Source: a virus
Lineage: Duplodnaviria; Caudoviricetes
Virus record (IMG/VR): IMGVR_UViG_3300033067_002368
Location: 1-28,602 of that record
Strand: one strand, 5' to 3'
DNA: 28,602 nucleotides
Under the pieces are notes generated by a model. It worked only from the letters and a program-made list of their open reading frames with translations. It was not told the DNA's origin and did no database searches. This document shows, piece by piece, positions 26,497 to 28,602 of this stretch; position 1 is the stretch's first letter; each line of letters begins with the position of its first letter. A program made the translations under genes and the position numbers.

Positions 26497-27521
26497 TTTA
26501 CTCTAATATTATTAGAGCCAATATCTTGAATTTTTCCGGAGTTTAAATATTGTTCCAGTTGAGCACTAATATTATTAGAAAGCGGAGGGTTTTGAGGAGT
26601 ATGAATATGTGTTAACATATATTGTAACATTAATTTTAAATGTACAATTAATTCATCAGCAAATGCAACAGGGTGTAAATTAACAGCTGTTTCTCCAAAA
26701 TCTCTCAATCTTGGATTTGTAATATTTTCTGGTGTTTTACTATTAAATTCTCTAAATTTACCTTCATTAGAAATTAAATTTATATTTGTAGCATTTAAAT
26801 TTATTTGAGAAAAAGGAATATATTTAGATGATAATGTAGCATCTATATTTTGTATTCCTGTTAGATTGGGATTGTTATCAAAATGTTTTAATTGAATTCT
26901 ACATGGGTTTTCAATATTTACTTCTCTGATTGATTTATTTTTAAATCTTCCTGCTCTAAGTTCAATTTCTCTTGGTCTTAATACAACATCAGCATCTTCT
27001 CTTCCTTGTAGAGCAATTTCACTTTGGGAAGGTAAAATTGTTTTTTGAATAATTTGATTTTGAAATGTTGGACCATCATGTATTTCGTTTTTATTAAATG
27101 ATGATGTGTTATATATGTTTACACTATCGTCATATGATTGAAATGGTAATTTTATTTGATTGGTTATAACAGGTCCAAACCAAAATCTTGGCGATGTTAT
27201 ATCATTTGGGTTTTCTGAAATAACCCAAACCATTTCTCCGACCTTTGGTCTTGCGTGTAAAAATTCACTTCCAAAAGGTAAACAGATTGGTAGTTTTTGA
27301 ATTGGAATATCTCTATCTTTTCCTGGAATAATTTTTCCAGTAGAGTCCATTTCTACAATTTCTGCTTGTATTCTATTTTGTCCGGCTTGATCATCTATAT
27401 TTCTTACAATAGCAGAATAAATTATTCTTAAAGATTCTAATTGATTCTTTCTGAATAAATCTTGCCCTTTTGCGGAAAGCAAATGTTCTGTTAAGTTTGA
27501 AAATGTATTTTTACCTGCCAT
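26493..27521 (-). CDS. Baseplate central spike protein (gp5/gpV-like OB-fold N-terminus, C-terminal HxH tip)
   Basis: AIVRNIDD..NRIQAEI..CLP..PKVGEMVWV..RFWFGP fits the OB-fold pattern, with THIHT near the C-terminus. Confidence 0.75.
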   Translation of the reverse strand: MAGKNTFSNLTEHLLSAKGQDLFRKNQLESLRIIYSAIVRNIDDQAGQNRIQAEIVEMDSTGKIIPGKDRDIPIQKLPICLPFGSEFLHARPKVGEMVWVISENPNDITSPRFWFGPVITNQIKLPFQSYDDSVNIYNTSSFNKNEIHDGPTFQNQIIQKTILPSQSEIALQGREDADVVLRPREIELRAGRFKNKSIREVNIENPCRIQLKHFDNNPNLTGIQNIDATLSSKYIPFSQINLNATNINLISNEGKFREFNSKTPENITNPRLRDFGETAVNLHPVAFADELIVHLKLMLQYMLTHIHTPQNPPLSNNISAQLEQYLNSGKIQDIGSNNIRVN

Positions 27522-27671
27522 TTAATTTTTCTTTATTTCTTCTACTAACTCAAAATATTTTTTTTCAAGTTCTTCAATTACTTTTAATATTAATTCAATT
27601 TCTTCTTTTCTTCTTTGAACTTCTTCTGATATATTTTGAAGTTCTTTTAATAATTCTATTTTACTTGCCAT
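27522..27671 (-). CDS. Small 49-aa coiled-coil protein (absent from the ORF track)
   Basis: Manual translation gives MASKIELLKELQNISEEVQRRKEEIELILKVIEELEKKYFELVEEIKKN*. It fills the gap, and its TAA abuts the spike ATG. Confidence 0.8.
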   Translation of the reverse strand: MASKIELLKELQNISEEVQRRKEEIELILKVIEELEKKYFELVEEIKKN

Positions 27672-27681
27672 TTTATTTAAA

Positions 27682-28098
27682 TTATCTTGGAACTCCTATT
27701 GCTGTATGTGGTAATGGATTGCTTCCGTTAGTTATGATTGGACCACCACCATTTGCTCCGTTTGATATAACTTGCATACCTGGATCAACAACGGTATCCA
27801 CTCTCATTTCATTTTGAATTGAATCGAATACTTCTTCAATAATTATTCTTGTTAATTCTTCTAAAGCGTTCGGCACACCTTCTGAAAGTGGTCCGGTTGG
27901 AATACCAGCTTCTTTAAATCTTGAAACAACAACGCTATGTGTAGCATTTGCATCTAATCCTGGTCTGAGTTTGGCTAATAATATTTGTGGAATATTAAGT
28001 TTTGGAACTACATTTCTTTCATCTTGAATTAGAGCAGAAAAAAAATCAGCTATTGCATCTGATTTTTGAAGTTTATTATCTATTGGTATGAATCCCAT
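27682..28098 (-). CDS. Hypothetical baseplate-region protein with a Gly/Pro-rich C-terminal hairpin
   Basis: 138 aa in the same operon as the spike, with C-terminus VVDPGMQVISNGANGGGPIITNG. Confidence 0.65.
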   Translation of the reverse strand: MGFIPIDNKLQKSDAIADFFSALIQDERNVVPKLNIPQILLAKLRPGLDANATHSVVVSRFKEAGIPTGPLSEGVPNALEELTRIIIEEVFDSIQNEMRVDTVVDPGMQVISNGANGGGPIITNGSNPLPHTAIGVPR

Positions 28099-28099
28099 T

Positions 28100-28600
28100 T
28101 TAAGTTATGTTGGTAAAATTAAATATATCATTAAATTCTTTTAGTGCTTCAGCCGCTCTTTGCGCCTTTTCAATATTTTTTTGTACTGTGTTTAAACTTT
28201 CTTTTATTTTTGCCATTCTTTTCAATTTACTCTGAAGTTTAATTGCTGCTCTTTTTGCTATTGCATTTTTTATTAATTTTTTTACTTCTTTGATTAAAAA
28301 TTTAAGCAATATACTTAAAAGCAATGCATACATTGCATTTAAAAAGGTTTTCATAAACCAAGATTTATATTCAAATTGTTGTTGATCTGAATTAGATAAA
28401 TTTTTTAATTCTAATGGGCTTGATATTATTCCAATAATAGCAATGTTTAATGTTGGGTTTTCTGAATTGATTTTATCAAAAACCCCCTTCAAGAAAGGTG
28501 TGATAGAAATTATTAATAAATTAAATAATTTTTCTAATAATATTTGAATCCAACTTTTCCTAACAGCATTGACATTTTCTTGTGAATTAATTCTTTGTAA
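28100..28600 (-). CDS. C-terminal part of a larger helical hypothetical protein (N-terminus outside the window)
   Basis: The frame stays open from 28492 to the window end (LQRINSQENVNAVRKSWIQILLEKLFNLLIISITPFLKGVF..), so the TTG start in the track is internal. Confidence 0.75.
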   Translation of the reverse strand, partial: LQRINSQENVNAVRKSWIQILLEKLFNLLIISITPFLKGVFDKINSENPTLNIAIIGIISSPLELKNLSNSDQQQFEYKSWFMKTFLNAMYALLLSILLKFLIKEVKKLIKNAIAKRAAIKLQSKLKRMAKIKESLNTVQKNIEKAQRAAEALKEFNDIFNFTNIT

Positions 28601-28602
28601 TT

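Noticed and set aside
1784-27521. Bacterial extracellular contractile injection system or tailocin
   Set aside because: The tube, gp25, gp6 and spike homologs also occur in such systems, but homing-type endonucleases, two-strand late organisation with a phage-type promoter and the lack of host genes or an Afp15-like ATPase fit a phage better. Capsid genes lie outside the window, so this is not formally proven.
2037-27817. Short antisense or out-of-frame ORFs in the track (2037, 3366, 4408, 5662, 6901, 9119, 9825, 11051, 11823, 12969, 13383, 16320, 18429, 21835, 24850, 27470)
   Set aside because: They are shadows of longer, well-supported genes. The similarity among 5662, 6901 and 9825 only mirrors the fibre repeats, and 27470 is antisense to the real 49-aa ORF and its neighbours.
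1-28602. Alternative genetic code (every accepted gene ends in TAA)
   Set aside because: The long late genes are intact under code 11 with no in-frame TAG or TGA, and TAA dominance is expected at this AT content.
1-28602. tRNA, rRNA, intron or structured ncRNA
   Set aside because: All intergenic gaps are about 110 nt or less and AT-rich, and the only hairpin I found is the terminator at 2298-2328.

Overview
Very AT-rich, gene-dense virion morphogenesis region of a large myovirus-type phage with a T4-like contractile tail. The host is probably a Bacteroidota-like bacterium, inferred from the absence of Shine-Dalgarno sites and the A-rich leaders. From left to right the window holds a Hef-like zinc-finger/PD-(D/E)xK/GNAT endonuclease, a T5orf172-type GIY-YIG protein, the gp19-like tail tube with its terminator, and a + strand fibre cassette. 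The cassette contains a BppU-like adaptor, a 1978-aa fibre, a 453-aa fibre built from the same near-identical DNA modules, and two tandem lectin-like paralogs. It is followed by a - strand block of large putative baseplate-associated proteins (Calx-beta, carboxypeptidase-regulatory-like and DNRLRE-like domains), a + strand gp25/gp6 baseplate wedge pair, and a - strand central spike operon. The most unusual element is a 691-aa structural-type protein (14268..16343) that ends in an apparently intact Pol-beta-superfamily (RlaP-like) nucleotidyltransferase domain. A TATTTAT(A) motif lies just upstream of seven transcription-unit starts on both strands and is a candidate phage late promoter. All domain calls come from motif recognition by eye; no database searches were run.
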